64,000 bases of DNA, from the NCBI GenBank assembly GCA_903889815.1, contig CAISYX010000016.1:3494-67493 (forward strand). Direction: 5' to 3'. The stretch is from an uncultured Gammaproteobacteria bacterium. GTDB lineage: Bacteria; Pseudomonadota; Gammaproteobacteria; Pseudomonadales; Pseudohongiellaceae. Every line of letters starts with the position of its first letter. Position 1 is the stretch's first letter. Of this stretch, positions 1-10,861 are shown one piece after another. The position numbers were made by a program, and so were the translations under genes. The notes under the pieces were generated by a model. The model saw only the letters and a program-made list of their open reading frames with translations. It made no database searches and was not told the DNA's origin.

Positions 1-2358
<2,358 letters not shown>

Positions 2359-2413
2359 TTATATCTCTTTTTTTGGGCTGGAAGCCTTTGAGCGTTCGCT
2401 TGTGGGGCTCGCC

Positions 2414-3499
2414 TTAAACTGGCCTTATTTTACCATGTTCCACGTGGAACTTTCTTGGACATATGCTTGAAGGCCAAGCGTCATCCAAGTCCGAAGCGTC
2501 AACGCATGTCATAAATACCTGGCTCTCCAGCTGGCAGAGAAGCTCACAGACACGCTTCCTGTTGTTTTTGTCCAGCTCAGATGGGAGATCATCAACAAGA
2601 AATAAAACCTTTGTTCCCGTCAACTCAGACAACAAAACTCCTTGTGCTACCTTCAGTGCAACTACCACAAGCTTTTGCTGGCCCCGTGAAAGAATCTCGT
2701 CCGCTCGGCTCTTGCCGATTCTGATTTGCAGGTCGGCCCTGTGGGGCCCTGTCTGTGTGGCGCCGTAACGCACATCTCTTTCGAGAGAAGCGTTGAGAAC
2801 ATCTACGAGCTCAGCGCCGTCTTCCCATCCTCGGAAATACTTGACTGCCAAGCCCGGTATTCCAATCAAACTTGAAAGCGTTCTTTCGAATACTGGCAGA
2901 AAAAGCGTTATGTAACTTCTGCGCGAACAATCAATTCTTGCGGCATAGGAGCCTAGCTCTGCACCCCAAGCTTCCAGCTGTTGCTTGTCCGGAGTTCGCT
3001 GCTTTAAAAGTAGATTTCGTTGCGCAAGGCACTTTGCCGCACCTCTCCAGTCTCCGGAAAAATCATGTTCCACGTGGAACACACCCCAATCAAGAAATTT
3101 GCGCCGAGTCTTTGAGCTGCCCTCAAGAAGATCAAAACTATCAGAATTGAGAAGTTGAAGGGGTAGTTGTCGGGCAGTGGGCAGCCAATTACTTTGTCGC
3201 TCACCCATTAACTTCAAAATGTGATTGCCCGATCGGCCTTTCGTAACACCAATCGTGGCACCAGAGAACAGCTCAGAAAAAACAGTTATTTCATCTAGAC
3301 CAGTCTGTATCACTGACTCAACACGCTGACTTCTAAACGAGCGCCCGAGACCCGTGTAGTAGACTGCCTCCAGCAGGCTGGTCTTGCCGCTGCCATTGGC
3401 GCCAAAGAAGATATTTACCCCCTCTCCGGGTAGCAGCTGAACATTCGAAAGATTACGTAATCCGAGTACATCAATACGTCGAATTGCAGTCATAGTCAC
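2414..3499 (-). CDS. recF: DNA replication/repair protein RecF
   Basis: 361-aa ORF with N-terminus IDVLGLRNLSNVQL..FFGANGSGKTSLLEA (Walker A). dnaA-dnaN-recF-gyrB synteny. Confidence 0.95.
   Translation of the reverse strand: MTMTAIRRIDVLGLRNLSNVQLLPGEGVNIFFGANGSGKTSLLEAVYYTGLGRSFRSQRVESVIQTGLDEITVFSELFSGATIGVTKGRSGNHILKLMGERQSNWLPTARQLPLQLLNSDSFDLLEGSSKTRRKFLDWGVFHVEHDFSGDWRGAAKCLAQRNLLLKQRTPDKQQLEAWGAELGSYAARIDCSRRSYITLFLPVFERTLSSLIGIPGLAVKYFRGWEDGAELVDVLNASLERDVRYGATQTGPHRADLQIRIGKSRADEILSRGQQKLVVVALKVAQGVLLSELTGTKVLFLVDDLPSELDKNNRKRVCELLCQLESQVFMTCVDASDLDDAWPSSICPRKFHVEHGKIRPV
2436..2451. promoter_or_regulatory. parS-type centromere-like site, TGTTCCACGTGGAACT (15/16 palindrome)
   Basis: Matches the ParB-binding consensus TGTTNCACGTGNAACA. 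Lies inside the recF 3' end, where it encodes F-H-V-E-H (aa 351-355). parAB are present in the window. Confidence 0.7.
3066..3081. promoter_or_regulatory. parS-type centromere-like site, TGTTCCACGTGGAACA (perfect 16-bp palindrome)
   Basis: Perfect palindrome matching the parS consensus. Lies inside recF, where it encodes F-H-V-E-H (aa 141-145). Confidence 0.8.
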
Positions 3500-3517
3500 C
3501 GTAGATACGAGATTCGA

Positions 3518-4627
3518 TCAAAGGCGCATTGGCATCACGACATACAACGCATCAGACTTGCCATCAGAGGCCTCGAGCAACGCGCTGCTGTTGGAATCAT
3601 GAAGAGTGATCTTTACCTTGTCAGACACAAGGACGGAAAGCACATCGACGAGATAGCTAACATTGAATCCTATTTCCAATGACTCTCCACGATAGTCTAC
3701 AGACACCGACTCTTCTGCCTCTTCCTGATCAGGATTGTTTGCAAGTATCCGAATCTCGCCGTTTGAGAGCAGCAAGCGAACGCCCCTGTACTTTTCGTTT
3801 GACAGAATAGATGCTCGCGAAAAAGCTTGCTTAAGCTCTTGTCGATCGCCGACTACGTGTTTGTCGCCCCCTTTGGGAAGCACTCGGTTGTAGTCAGGAA
3901 ACTTGCCATCCACAAGTTTCGAAGTGAAGGTAAAGTCCTGTGTTTTTGCCTTGACATGATTACGCCCGAAAACCACCGAAACATTCTCTTGGTCACCAGT
4001 AAGCAACCTGCCAAGTTCGATGACGCCTTTGCGGGGGAGAATCACCTGGATCGGAGCATCAATTTGCAACTGTGACGGCATTGTTTGCATTGCGAGTCGA
4101 TGTCCATCAGTCGCAACGACACGGAGATAACCGGCAGACAACTCGAAAAGCATTCCATTCAGGTAGTAACGAACATCCTGCTGGGCCATTGCAAATGAAG
4201 TGCCTTCAAGAAGAGATTTGAGAGCACTTTGAGAAAGAGTCAATTCACAAGTGCCGGGCTCTTCTTCGGTAACTGGAAACTCAGTTGCTGGAAGTGTAGC
4301 CAAGCTAAATCGACTGCGCCCTGACTTGATAACCATTTTGTTCTCTTCGACTGAGAACTCGAGCACAGACTCCTCTGCAAGTGACTTGCAAATATCAACA
4401 AGCTTTCTTGCTGGAACAGTTATATCTCCCGGTCGAGAAGGGCCGGAGATTACCATCTTTCCAAGAAGCTCTACCTCAAGGTCCGTACCGGTAATGGATA
4501 GTTGGGAATTCGCGTCCAAAGACAACAACACATTGGACAGAACCGGCAAAGTTTGTCTACGCTCCACAACACCTGTAACCAGTTGAAGTGGTTTGAGAAT
4601 GGCTTCCCTTGAGGTTGAAAAATACAT
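3518..4627 (-). CDS. dnaN: DNA polymerase III beta sliding clamp
   Basis: The track ORF 3518..4738 has an implausible N-terminal extension. The internal ATG at 4627 gives MYFSTSREAILKPLQLVTGVVERRQTLPVLSNVLL, a typical DnaN start, and 369 aa. Confidence 0.93.
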   Translation of the reverse strand: MYFSTSREAILKPLQLVTGVVERRQTLPVLSNVLLSLDANSQLSITGTDLEVELLGKMVISGPSRPGDITVPARKLVDICKSLAEESVLEFSVEENKMVIKSGRSRFSLATLPATEFPVTEEEPGTCELTLSQSALKSLLEGTSFAMAQQDVRYYLNGMLFELSAGYLRVVATDGHRLAMQTMPSQLQIDAPIQVILPRKGVIELGRLLTGDQENVSVVFGRNHVKAKTQDFTFTSKLVDGKFPDYNRVLPKGGDKHVVGDRQELKQAFSRASILSNEKYRGVRLLLSNGEIRILANNPDQEEAEESVSVDYRGESLEIGFNVSYLVDVLSVLVSDKVKITLHDSNSSALLEASDGKSDALYVVMPMRL

Positions 4628-4694
4628 GCTTTTGCACTCTATCCTAATGTAGTTGTCGGCGGCTTTAACCCTGCGAAATCTATTGCATTCCGCT

Positions 4695-6176
4695 TCAGGT
4701 TGCCAGCGCTCTGAGCAGATTGTTGTAGTCTTCCGCAAAGTCGAGAGAGATGCTTCTGAGATTCTTCACTTGCTTGCAGGCATGCAACACAGTCGTATGA
4801 TCTCGACCTCCAAATGCATCACCAATCTCTGGAAGACTATGGTTGGTCAGTTCCTTGGAAAGACACATAGCCATCTGACGTGGACGCGCAACTGAGCGAT
4901 TGCGTCGCTTGGAAAGCATGTCAGACATCTTGATCTTGTAGTACTCAGCAACAGAGCGCTGAATATTGTCTATGGTAACGAGTTTGTCGTGCAGTGCAAA
5001 AAGATCCTTCAACGCTTCCTTTACAAGCTCAAGATCTATAGGGCGTCCCACAAACTTGGCATGCACGATGACCTTCTTCAATGCACCCTCAAGCTCTCGA
5101 ACATGTGAGCGCAGACGCTGTGCGATGAACATTGCCGCATCTGCCGGCAAATCAACATTGCTTTGCTCCGCTTTGTTGATAAGGATGGCTGCTCGCGTTT
5201 CCAACTCTGGGGGTTCTACCGCCACAGAAAGCCCCCAGCCAAAACGCGACTTGAGCCTCTCTTCCAAGCCATTGATTTCTTTATGATATTTATCACTGGT
5301 AAGAATGATTTGCTGACCACCTTCCAACAGCGCGTTGAAAGTATGGAAAAACTCTTCCTGCGATCGCTCTTTACCCGCGAAGAATTGGATATCGTCAATC
5401 AATAACGCATCAACCGAGCGGTAGTATCGCTTAAACTCATTAATGGCATTCAACTGAAGAGCGGTAACCATCGTCGCCACGAAAGTTTCCGAATGCAAAT
5501 AGACTACTTTTGCATCAGGCTTTCGCTCTACAAGATAATTGCCTATAGCATGCATCAAATGAGTCTTGCCCAGTCCGACCCCGCCGTAGATAAATAGTGG
5601 GTTGTATGCGCCTCCCGGATTCTCGGCAACCTGCATCGCCGCAGCTCTCGCAAGCTGGTTGGATTTCCCCTCAATGAAATTGTCAAAGGTATTCTCTGGG
5701 TTCAAACTTCCCTTGTGTCGAAGCTTTCCATCGATAATGACTTCCATATTGCGAGAAGTCCGGCGAATCAAAGAAGTCTTGGAGAATGGAGAAATTGGCG
5801 GGGGGACACTAACGGCTCCAGCGCGGCTCTCGGCCTGTGACTTGTGAATCGGCTCAATGCGCGCGCTTGCCAAATCTCGCGCATTGAGGGAACTGACTTG
5901 CATGGGCGAAGATTCGGGGCGATCGATTTGACCCTTGTCACCAACTTCGAAAATCAACTCTACTGACCGATCAGGAGAATGCTCTTTGAGAAGCTCCTTT
6001 ATTCGGGCAAGAAACTTGTCTCTTACCCAATCCAGAATGAATCTGTTGGGGGCATACAGTCGAAGTTCATTAGAACTGGACTCAGCTTGCAGAGGCCGGA
6101 TCCAGGTGTTGAACTGCTGGGAGGGAAGCTCACTTTTGAGACAATTGACACAGGTTTGCCAGTTTACCGAATTCAC
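4695..6176 (-). CDS. dnaA: Chromosomal replication initiator DnaA
   Basis: Contains [25 protein letters not shown], the AAA+ Walker [11 protein letters not shown], and the C-terminal DNA-binding domain DHTTVLHA. The start is placed at GTG 6176 (VNSVNWQ...) with GAAGGG upstream. The longest ORF would start at GTG 6254 but then overlaps a perfect DnaA box. Confidence 0.9.
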   Translation of the reverse strand: MNSVNWQTCVNCLKSELPSQQFNTWIRPLQAESSSNELRLYAPNRFILDWVRDKFLARIKELLKEHSPDRSVELIFEVGDKGQIDRPESSPMQVSSLNARDLASARIEPIHKSQAESRAGAVSVPPPISPFSKTSLIRRTSRNMEVIIDGKLRHKGSLNPENTFDNFIEGKSNQLARAAAMQVAENPGGAYNPLFIYGGVGLGKTHLMHAIGNYLVERKPDAKVVYLHSETFVATMVTALQLNAINEFKRYYRSVDALLIDDIQFFAGKERSQEEFFHTFNALLEGGQQIILTSDKYHKEINGLEERLKSRFGWGLSVAVEPPELETRAAILINKAEQSNVDLPADAAMFIAQRLRSHVRELEGALKKVIVHAKFVGRPIDLELVKEALKDLFALHDKLVTIDNIQRSVAEYYKIKMSDMLSKRRNRSVARPRQMAMCLSKELTNHSLPEIGDAFGGRDHTTVLHACKQVKNLRSISLDFAEDYNNLLRALAT

Positions 6177-6231
6177 TCTTTTCTTACCCTTCGTGGATCT
6201 TCTTGTACTAGATTGGACACAGATTCTAGCG

Positions 6232-6240
6232 TGTGAATAG
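6232..6240 (-). promoter_or_regulatory. DnaA box, 8/9 match (TGTGAATAG)
   Basis: One mismatch to TGTGNATAA, the reverse complement of TTATNCACA. Confidence 0.45.
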
Positions 6241-6244
6241 ATAC

Positions 6245-6253
6245 TTATCCACA
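6245..6253 (+). promoter_or_regulatory. DnaA box, perfect TTATCCACA
   Basis: Exact consensus 9-mer just upstream of dnaA. Confidence 0.75.
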
Positions 6254-6383
6254 CACATGGTTGAGTTCCGCACCTGGTTTGAACAAAATTTTTTATTTTT
6301 AAATCAACGGGTTAGTTTTTTAATGGCGGGTTTGACGCTGAAAATGCTGCAGATTTCGCCCTGGCGATCAATGCGGAACTACC

Positions 6384-6392
6384 TGTGGATAA
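6384..6392 (-). promoter_or_regulatory. DnaA box, perfect (TGTGGATAA on + strand)
   Basis: Exact reverse complement of TTATCCACA. Confidence 0.75.
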
Positions 6393-6485
6393 CTTGTTGT
6401 CAACCCCGTATAGCTTAATGGACCAGAAAAAACGCGAGAAACTGCAAGCCAAACTGGATTAACAAGTTTTCTCTTGGCTTTGCAT

Positions 6486-6514
6486 TTGCAATGACTTCTC
6501 TAAACGACTAGAAT
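6486..6514 (+). promoter_or_regulatory. Sigma70-like promoter for rpmH-rnpA
   Basis: TTGCAA, 17-nt spacer, TAGAAT. Lies about 50 nt upstream of the rpmH ATG. Confidence 0.5.
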
Positions 6515-6566
6515 TCGCGCTCGGTTTGAAACCGACTTATCTTTAAAGACCACATTGGAATTCATC

Positions 6567-6701
6567 ATGAAAAGAACCTTTCAGCCAAGTTTGTTGAAGC
6601 GCGCACGTACTCATGGTTTTCGTGCTCGTATGGCGACCAAAGGCGGCCGATTAGTAATCAAGAGACGCCGTGCTTGTGGCCGTGCGAAACTCACAGCGTA
6701 A
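6567..6701 (+). CDS. rpmH: 50S ribosomal protein L34
   Basis: Too short for the ORF track. Translation [44 protein letters not shown] (44 aa) is canonical L34. Confidence 0.95.
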   Translation: MKRTFQPSLLKRARTHGFRARMATKGGRLVIKRRRACGRAKLTA

Positions 6702-6745
6702 GCGATTCAATCCTCAAGCCAGCAGCACTCACACAAGTAGATTCT

Positions 6746-7126
6746 GTGTCTGAATTCAGATTCGGCAAAAAGCGACGTCTACTTGGCGCTTCGGACTTTC
6801 AACCTGTTTTCAAGAATGCTCGCTTCAAGGTCTCCTGCCAGCACCTACTTGTGCTGGCGGTACCTGGCAATCTTGTATGCCCACGACTGGGCTTGGTGAT
6901 CGCCAAGAAAAACATCTCAAGAGCTGTCGACCGAAATCGAGTCAAACGCATACTTCGAGAGTCCTTCAGGCACAATCAAGGTTTGCTCCCTGCTGTAGAC
7001 ATCGTTATCCTAGCGCGCAGCGGAATCGGCTCCCTGGGCAAACATGTCATTCGATCAAAGATCGAGAAACTCTGGCAGGACTTGATACAGAAATCCGGAC
7101 GCCCCTTGTCACACGAGGCGAACTAG
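6746..7126 (+). CDS. rnpA: Ribonuclease P protein component
   Basis: FGKKRRLLGASDFQPVFKNARFKV...VIAKKNISRAVDRNRVKRILRE. The start at GTG 6746 (126 aa) is preferred to the track's TTG 6674, which overlaps rpmH. The exact start is uncertain. Confidence 0.85.
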   Translation: MSEFRFGKKRRLLGASDFQPVFKNARFKVSCQHLLVLAVPGNLVCPRLGLVIAKKNISRAVDRNRVKRILRESFRHNQGLLPAVDIVILARSGIGSLGKHVIRSKIEKLWQDLIQKSGRPLSHEAN

Positions 7127-7378
7127 ATGTTGAGTAAACTGGCCATCAAGCTGATTACTGTCTACCAGCTCACTTTGAGTTTGTTGATCGGTCGTCAATG
7201 CCGCTTTTACCCTTCGTGTTCTCACTACACACAGGAGGCCATTGAGAAACATGGCCTCGCTCGCGGCATTAAACTGGGAACGAAACGAATTCTAAAGTGT
7301 CATCCTTGGCATGAAGGCGGTATTGATCTCGTTCCAGACGTTTGTCATTCACGAAAATCCTCCAGCTTACCGAGATAG
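7127..7378 (+). CDS. yidD: Membrane protein insertion efficiency factor YidD
   Basis: CRFYPSCSHYTQEAIEKHGLARGIKLGTKRILKCHPWHEGGIDLVP. Confidence 0.9.
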   Translation: MLSKLAIKLITVYQLTLSLLIGRQCRFYPSCSHYTQEAIEKHGLARGIKLGTKRILKCHPWHEGGIDLVPDVCHSRKSSSLPR

Positions 7379-7390
7379 CATTCAAAGAAA

Positions 7391-9070
7391 ATGGAATCCT
7401 TAAAATACCTCATCATCGGTGGCCTCGCGGTCGTGTCTTATATGCTTCTGCTTGCGTGGCAGGAAGATTATCCAAGGGTTGCAGTCTCTGAACCTGTTAC
7501 TGCGCAAGTCGCGCCGGCAGCCATTGACACGCCGACTGCGCCAGCATCAGCTGCGGCCGTTTCAAGTTCAGACGTGCCAAATGTTACTTCACCCAGCACT
7601 TCGCCGTCTCCGCAGGTCGGCGACACTCGCATCATCGTTTCAACTGACGTATTGCACGTAACTTTGGATAGAAACGGTGGAGATATTCTCGAAATATCTT
7701 TACCACAGTACAAGCGCCAGATTGATGTTGAGAATGACCCCTTCATTCTCCTCGAAAGCAATGCTCAAAGAACATATGTTGCCAAGAGTGGCCTGGTCGG
7801 ACGCAACGGCATAGACAATACCACTCGCGCACTTTACTCTGCATCCTCAGACAGTTTCACATTGAGTGACTCAGCCGACTTCATCGAGATCGACTTGCTG
7901 CATGTTGCCTCCAACGGGGTGCAAATAACCAAGCGATTTACATTTGAGCGAGGCAGCTATCTTGTCAAGCTCAGTTACATCGTGAACAACACGACAAGCA
8001 GTGTCTGGCAGGCCAATCTGTTCGGTCAGATCAACAGAACAACATTTCCAGACCCCAGCAGTGCTGGTGGGGTGGGGATGTCATCATTCATGGGTTTCGC
8101 CGCCACCTCTCTCGATGACCCCTACTACAAAGTAGATTTTGGCGATGTCAACAACGGCATACCGCCACATGAGCTGACTGGCGGGTGGATCGCCATGAGC
8201 CAGCATTATTTTCTGTCCGCCTGGATTCCGTCCGGTGATGCGCTTCATACTTTTTCCATACGCAGAAGCCCGCAAAACCCAAGCGAGTACATAGCAGGGT
8301 TTACCGGACCTGAATTTACCGTAGCGCCCGGTACTGAATTGACCCAGCAAGTGTCCTTTTATGCAGGCCCAAAGGATCAATACGTCCTCAAGGAAATTTC
8401 ACCAAATCTCGATCTGACGATAGACTACGGGTGGCTTTGGTTTGTTGCTTCGCCCATTTACTGGTTGCTGACAAAAATCAATGCGCTCGTCGGAAACTAC
8501 GGGTGGTCCATTCTCCTTTTGACTGTCACTGTCAAAGGACTGTTCTACAAATTATCTGCAACCAGCTACCGCTCAATGGCGAACATGCGTCGCGTTATGC
8601 CCAAGATGGTCCAGCTCAAGGAACGTCACGGCGATGACAAAATGAAATTGCAGAAAGCGACGATGGAGCTTTATCAAAAGGAAAAGATCAATCCCTTCGG
8701 TGGTTGTCTACCCATGCTGGTGCAAATGCCGGTGTTTATCGCTTTGTATTGGGTATTGATGGAAAGCGTTGAATTACGACAGGCACCTTTCATTCTCTGG
8801 ATCAACGACCTTTCAGTAATGGATCCATTCTTTGTACTGCCATTGCTGATGGGCATATCCATGTATGCACAATCTCTGCTGAGCCCGGCACCTGCAGATC
8901 CCATGCAAGCGAAGATAATGCGATTCATGCCTGTCGTAATGACGGTCTTCTTCTTGTGGTTCCCTGCCGGACTAGTACTGTACTGGCTTGCCAACAGCGT
9001 ACTCGGGATCATGCAACAGTGGTACATCACGCGGAAAATCGACAAGGAGTACGAGGCCAAAAAAGCCTGA
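7391..9070 (+). CDS. yidC: Membrane protein insertase YidC
   Basis: 559 aa. N-terminal TM segment, a large periplasmic domain, and the conserved C-terminal core GCLPMLVQMPVFIALYWVL...WFPAGLVLYW. Confidence 0.95.
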   Translation: MESLKYLIIGGLAVVSYMLLLAWQEDYPRVAVSEPVTAQVAPAAIDTPTAPASAAAVSSSDVPNVTSPSTSPSPQVGDTRIIVSTDVLHVTLDRNGGDILEISLPQYKRQIDVENDPFILLESNAQRTYVAKSGLVGRNGIDNTTRALYSASSDSFTLSDSADFIEIDLLHVASNGVQITKRFTFERGSYLVKLSYIVNNTTSSVWQANLFGQINRTTFPDPSSAGGVGMSSFMGFAATSLDDPYYKVDFGDVNNGIPPHELTGGWIAMSQHYFLSAWIPSGDALHTFSIRRSPQNPSEYIAGFTGPEFTVAPGTELTQQVSFYAGPKDQYVLKEISPNLDLTIDYGWLWFVASPIYWLLTKINALVGNYGWSILLLTVTVKGLFYKLSATSYRSMANMRRVMPKMVQLKERHGDDKMKLQKATMELYQKEKINPFGGCLPMLVQMPVFIALYWVLMESVELRQAPFILWINDLSVMDPFFVLPLLMGISMYAQSLLSPAPADPMQAKIMRFMPVVMTVFFLWFPAGLVLYWLANSVLGIMQQWYITRKIDKEYEAKKA

Positions 9071-9077
9071 TACTGCC

Positions 9078-10481
9078 ATGTCGTTATCAATAGACAGCGA
9101 CACCATCTGCGCAATTACTACACCGCCAGGAAAAAGTGGCGTCGGTGTAGTCCGGGTTTCTGGTCCCCTTTGCTTGCAAATCGCAAAGGGTATTCTCGGT
9201 TTTTCTCCGATCCCTCGTCATGCACATTACTCCGCATTTCTTGACCAGAATGGCGAGCCAGTGGACAAAGGAATTGCTCTCTATTTTGCGTCACCGAACT
9301 CCTTTACCGGCGAAGACATACTGGAACTCCAGGGCCATGGTGGTTACTTCATCCTTGATTTGTTGGTGAAGGAAGTCATCAAGTATGGAGCAAGAATTGC
9401 AAGACCTGGCGAGTTTTCAGAACGAGCTTTCCTTAACGGAAAAATAGATCTGGCACAAGCCGAAGCGATTGCTGATCTTATTGAGTCCAGCAGCTCCGCT
9501 GCAGCAAGGAGCGCTGTTCGGACTTTACAGGGAGACTTTTCAAAACTGATTTACTCGGTGACAGAGTCAATTGTTGAATTGCGAGTATTCATTGAAGCTG
9601 CAATTGACTTTGCCGATGAGGAAATCGACTTCCTTACAAAAGGTCGAACGGTAGCAAGACTGAGTGAGATCATTGCATCTCTAGACGATATTTTCAGCCG
9701 CGCCAAGCAAGGCAGCATTCTGCGCGAAGGTATGTCTGTCGTTATTGCTGGAAAGCCAAATGCTGGAAAGTCCAGCTTGTTGAATGCTCTTGCTGGTAAA
9801 GATACGGCGATAGTGACCGAAATTGCCGGGACTACTCGTGACACCCTTCTTGAACACTTGAACATTGATGGCATGCCGTTACATGTAACAGATACGGCAG
9901 GATTGCGAGAAAGCAACGATCCTGTCGAGCGAGAAGGCATACGAAGGGCCTTGAGCGCGATTGACCAAGCCGATCGCATTCTGCTTGTTGTTGATTCTGT
10001 CAATGACTCACTGGACGCTTCGTGCATTCAGGAGTACCTCGAAAGCATGGAACCCTTCTTCAAGACTACCAGTCTGGATCCAGCACGAATAACCATCATT
10101 CAAAACAAAATTGATCTGCAGATGAAAGCGCCTGCTTTGGAAACCCATCCAATTGCCGAAAATCAGTCACTAACCACTGTTTACTTGTCGGCAAAGCACA
10201 AGAAGGGCATCGATATCCTGCAACAGCACCTGAAATCCTGCATGGGCTTTCAGGCGTCCGAAGAGGGCTGTTTTACAGCAAGGCGAAGGCACCTTCAGGC
10301 GCTGGAGTCCTCGCGTAACCACCTTCAAAGGGCACATGATCAGCTTTCATTTCAAAGATCCTCCGAGCTGGTTGCAGAAGATCTGCGCTTGGCGCACCGG
10401 TATCTTGGAGATATAACCGGAGAATTTACCGCTGATGACCTGCTGGGTAGAATTTTTTCCAGCTTTTGTATTGGAAAATAA
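9078..10481 (+). CDS. mnmE: tRNA modification GTPase MnmE
   Basis: The internal ATG at 9078 gives MSLSIDSDTICAITTPPGKSGVGVVRVSG. G-domain GKPNAGKSSLLN and DTAGLR. C-terminal CIGK. Confidence 0.93.
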   Translation: MSLSIDSDTICAITTPPGKSGVGVVRVSGPLCLQIAKGILGFSPIPRHAHYSAFLDQNGEPVDKGIALYFASPNSFTGEDILELQGHGGYFILDLLVKEVIKYGARIARPGEFSERAFLNGKIDLAQAEAIADLIESSSSAAARSAVRTLQGDFSKLIYSVTESIVELRVFIEAAIDFADEEIDFLTKGRTVARLSEIIASLDDIFSRAKQGSILREGMSVVIAGKPNAGKSSLLNALAGKDTAIVTEIAGTTRDTLLEHLNIDGMPLHVTDTAGLRESNDPVEREGIRRALSAIDQADRILLVVDSVNDSLDASCIQEYLESMEPFFKTTSLDPARITIIQNKIDLQMKAPALETHPIAENQSLTTVYLSAKHKKGIDILQQHLKSCMGFQASEEGCFTARRRHLQALESSRNHLQRAHDQLSFQRSSELVAEDLRLAHRYLGDITGEFTADDLLGRIFSSFCIGK

Positions 10482-10861
10482 TGCTGTGTATCAAGCTGTG
10501 ATTAACAATGGAAAACCATATCCATAACCGGTGGATCAAAATCCCAGTAAAATCTCGAATGTATAAAGTCCCCCTTTGAACACAGGAAGTTCACGGCTTG
10601 CAAAGAGCTTAAACCACACTAGTCAACAGACTTATTTTTTCACAACAATATGATTTTTATAAAAAATATACACTTTTCAACAGAAAGTGCTGTCGCCATA
10701 ATTAGTAACATCATTAAGTACTTATCTTAAACATTTATATTTAGAGATATGTTTTTGTTTGTTTGTATAACTGCAACAGGCTGTTTTTTATAGCTTCAAA
10801 TTTCAATTTGAGGGCTTATACTGTCCCACCCTTGATCCTTGGCTCATTCACCGGGTAAATA
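10482..10861. other. 380-nt AT-rich mnmE-mnmG spacer (alternative oriC/DUE candidate or long mnmG leader)
   Basis: Hand counts of the three 60-nt lines 10621..10800 give about 20-28% GC. 12-bp palindrome TTTTTATAAAAA at about 10655..10666. One 8/9 DnaA-like box TTTTTCACA at about 10637..10645, and several 7/9 boxes. No ORF. Confidence 0.4.

Larger units (their letters stand above)
6177..6566. other. dnaA-rpmH divergent intergenic region: candidate oriC and/or autoregulated dnaA promoter
   Basis: Two perfect DnaA boxes and one 8/9 box. AT-rich tract at about 6281..6325 (gaacaaaattttttatttttaaatcaa...gttagttttttaat). One GATC. Gene orientation switches here. Confidence 0.5.

Noticed and set aside
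10431-10482. Possible frameshift near the mnmE 3' end: my hand indexing gave an extra C around 10440 and a stop 1 nt off
   Set aside because: The computed ORF track gives an uninterrupted ORF ending ...LLGRIFSSFCIGK at 10481, the normal MnmE C-terminus. I attribute the discrepancy to my own character-level reading error. It is the reason I flag about 1-nt uncertainty on hand-indexed motifs.
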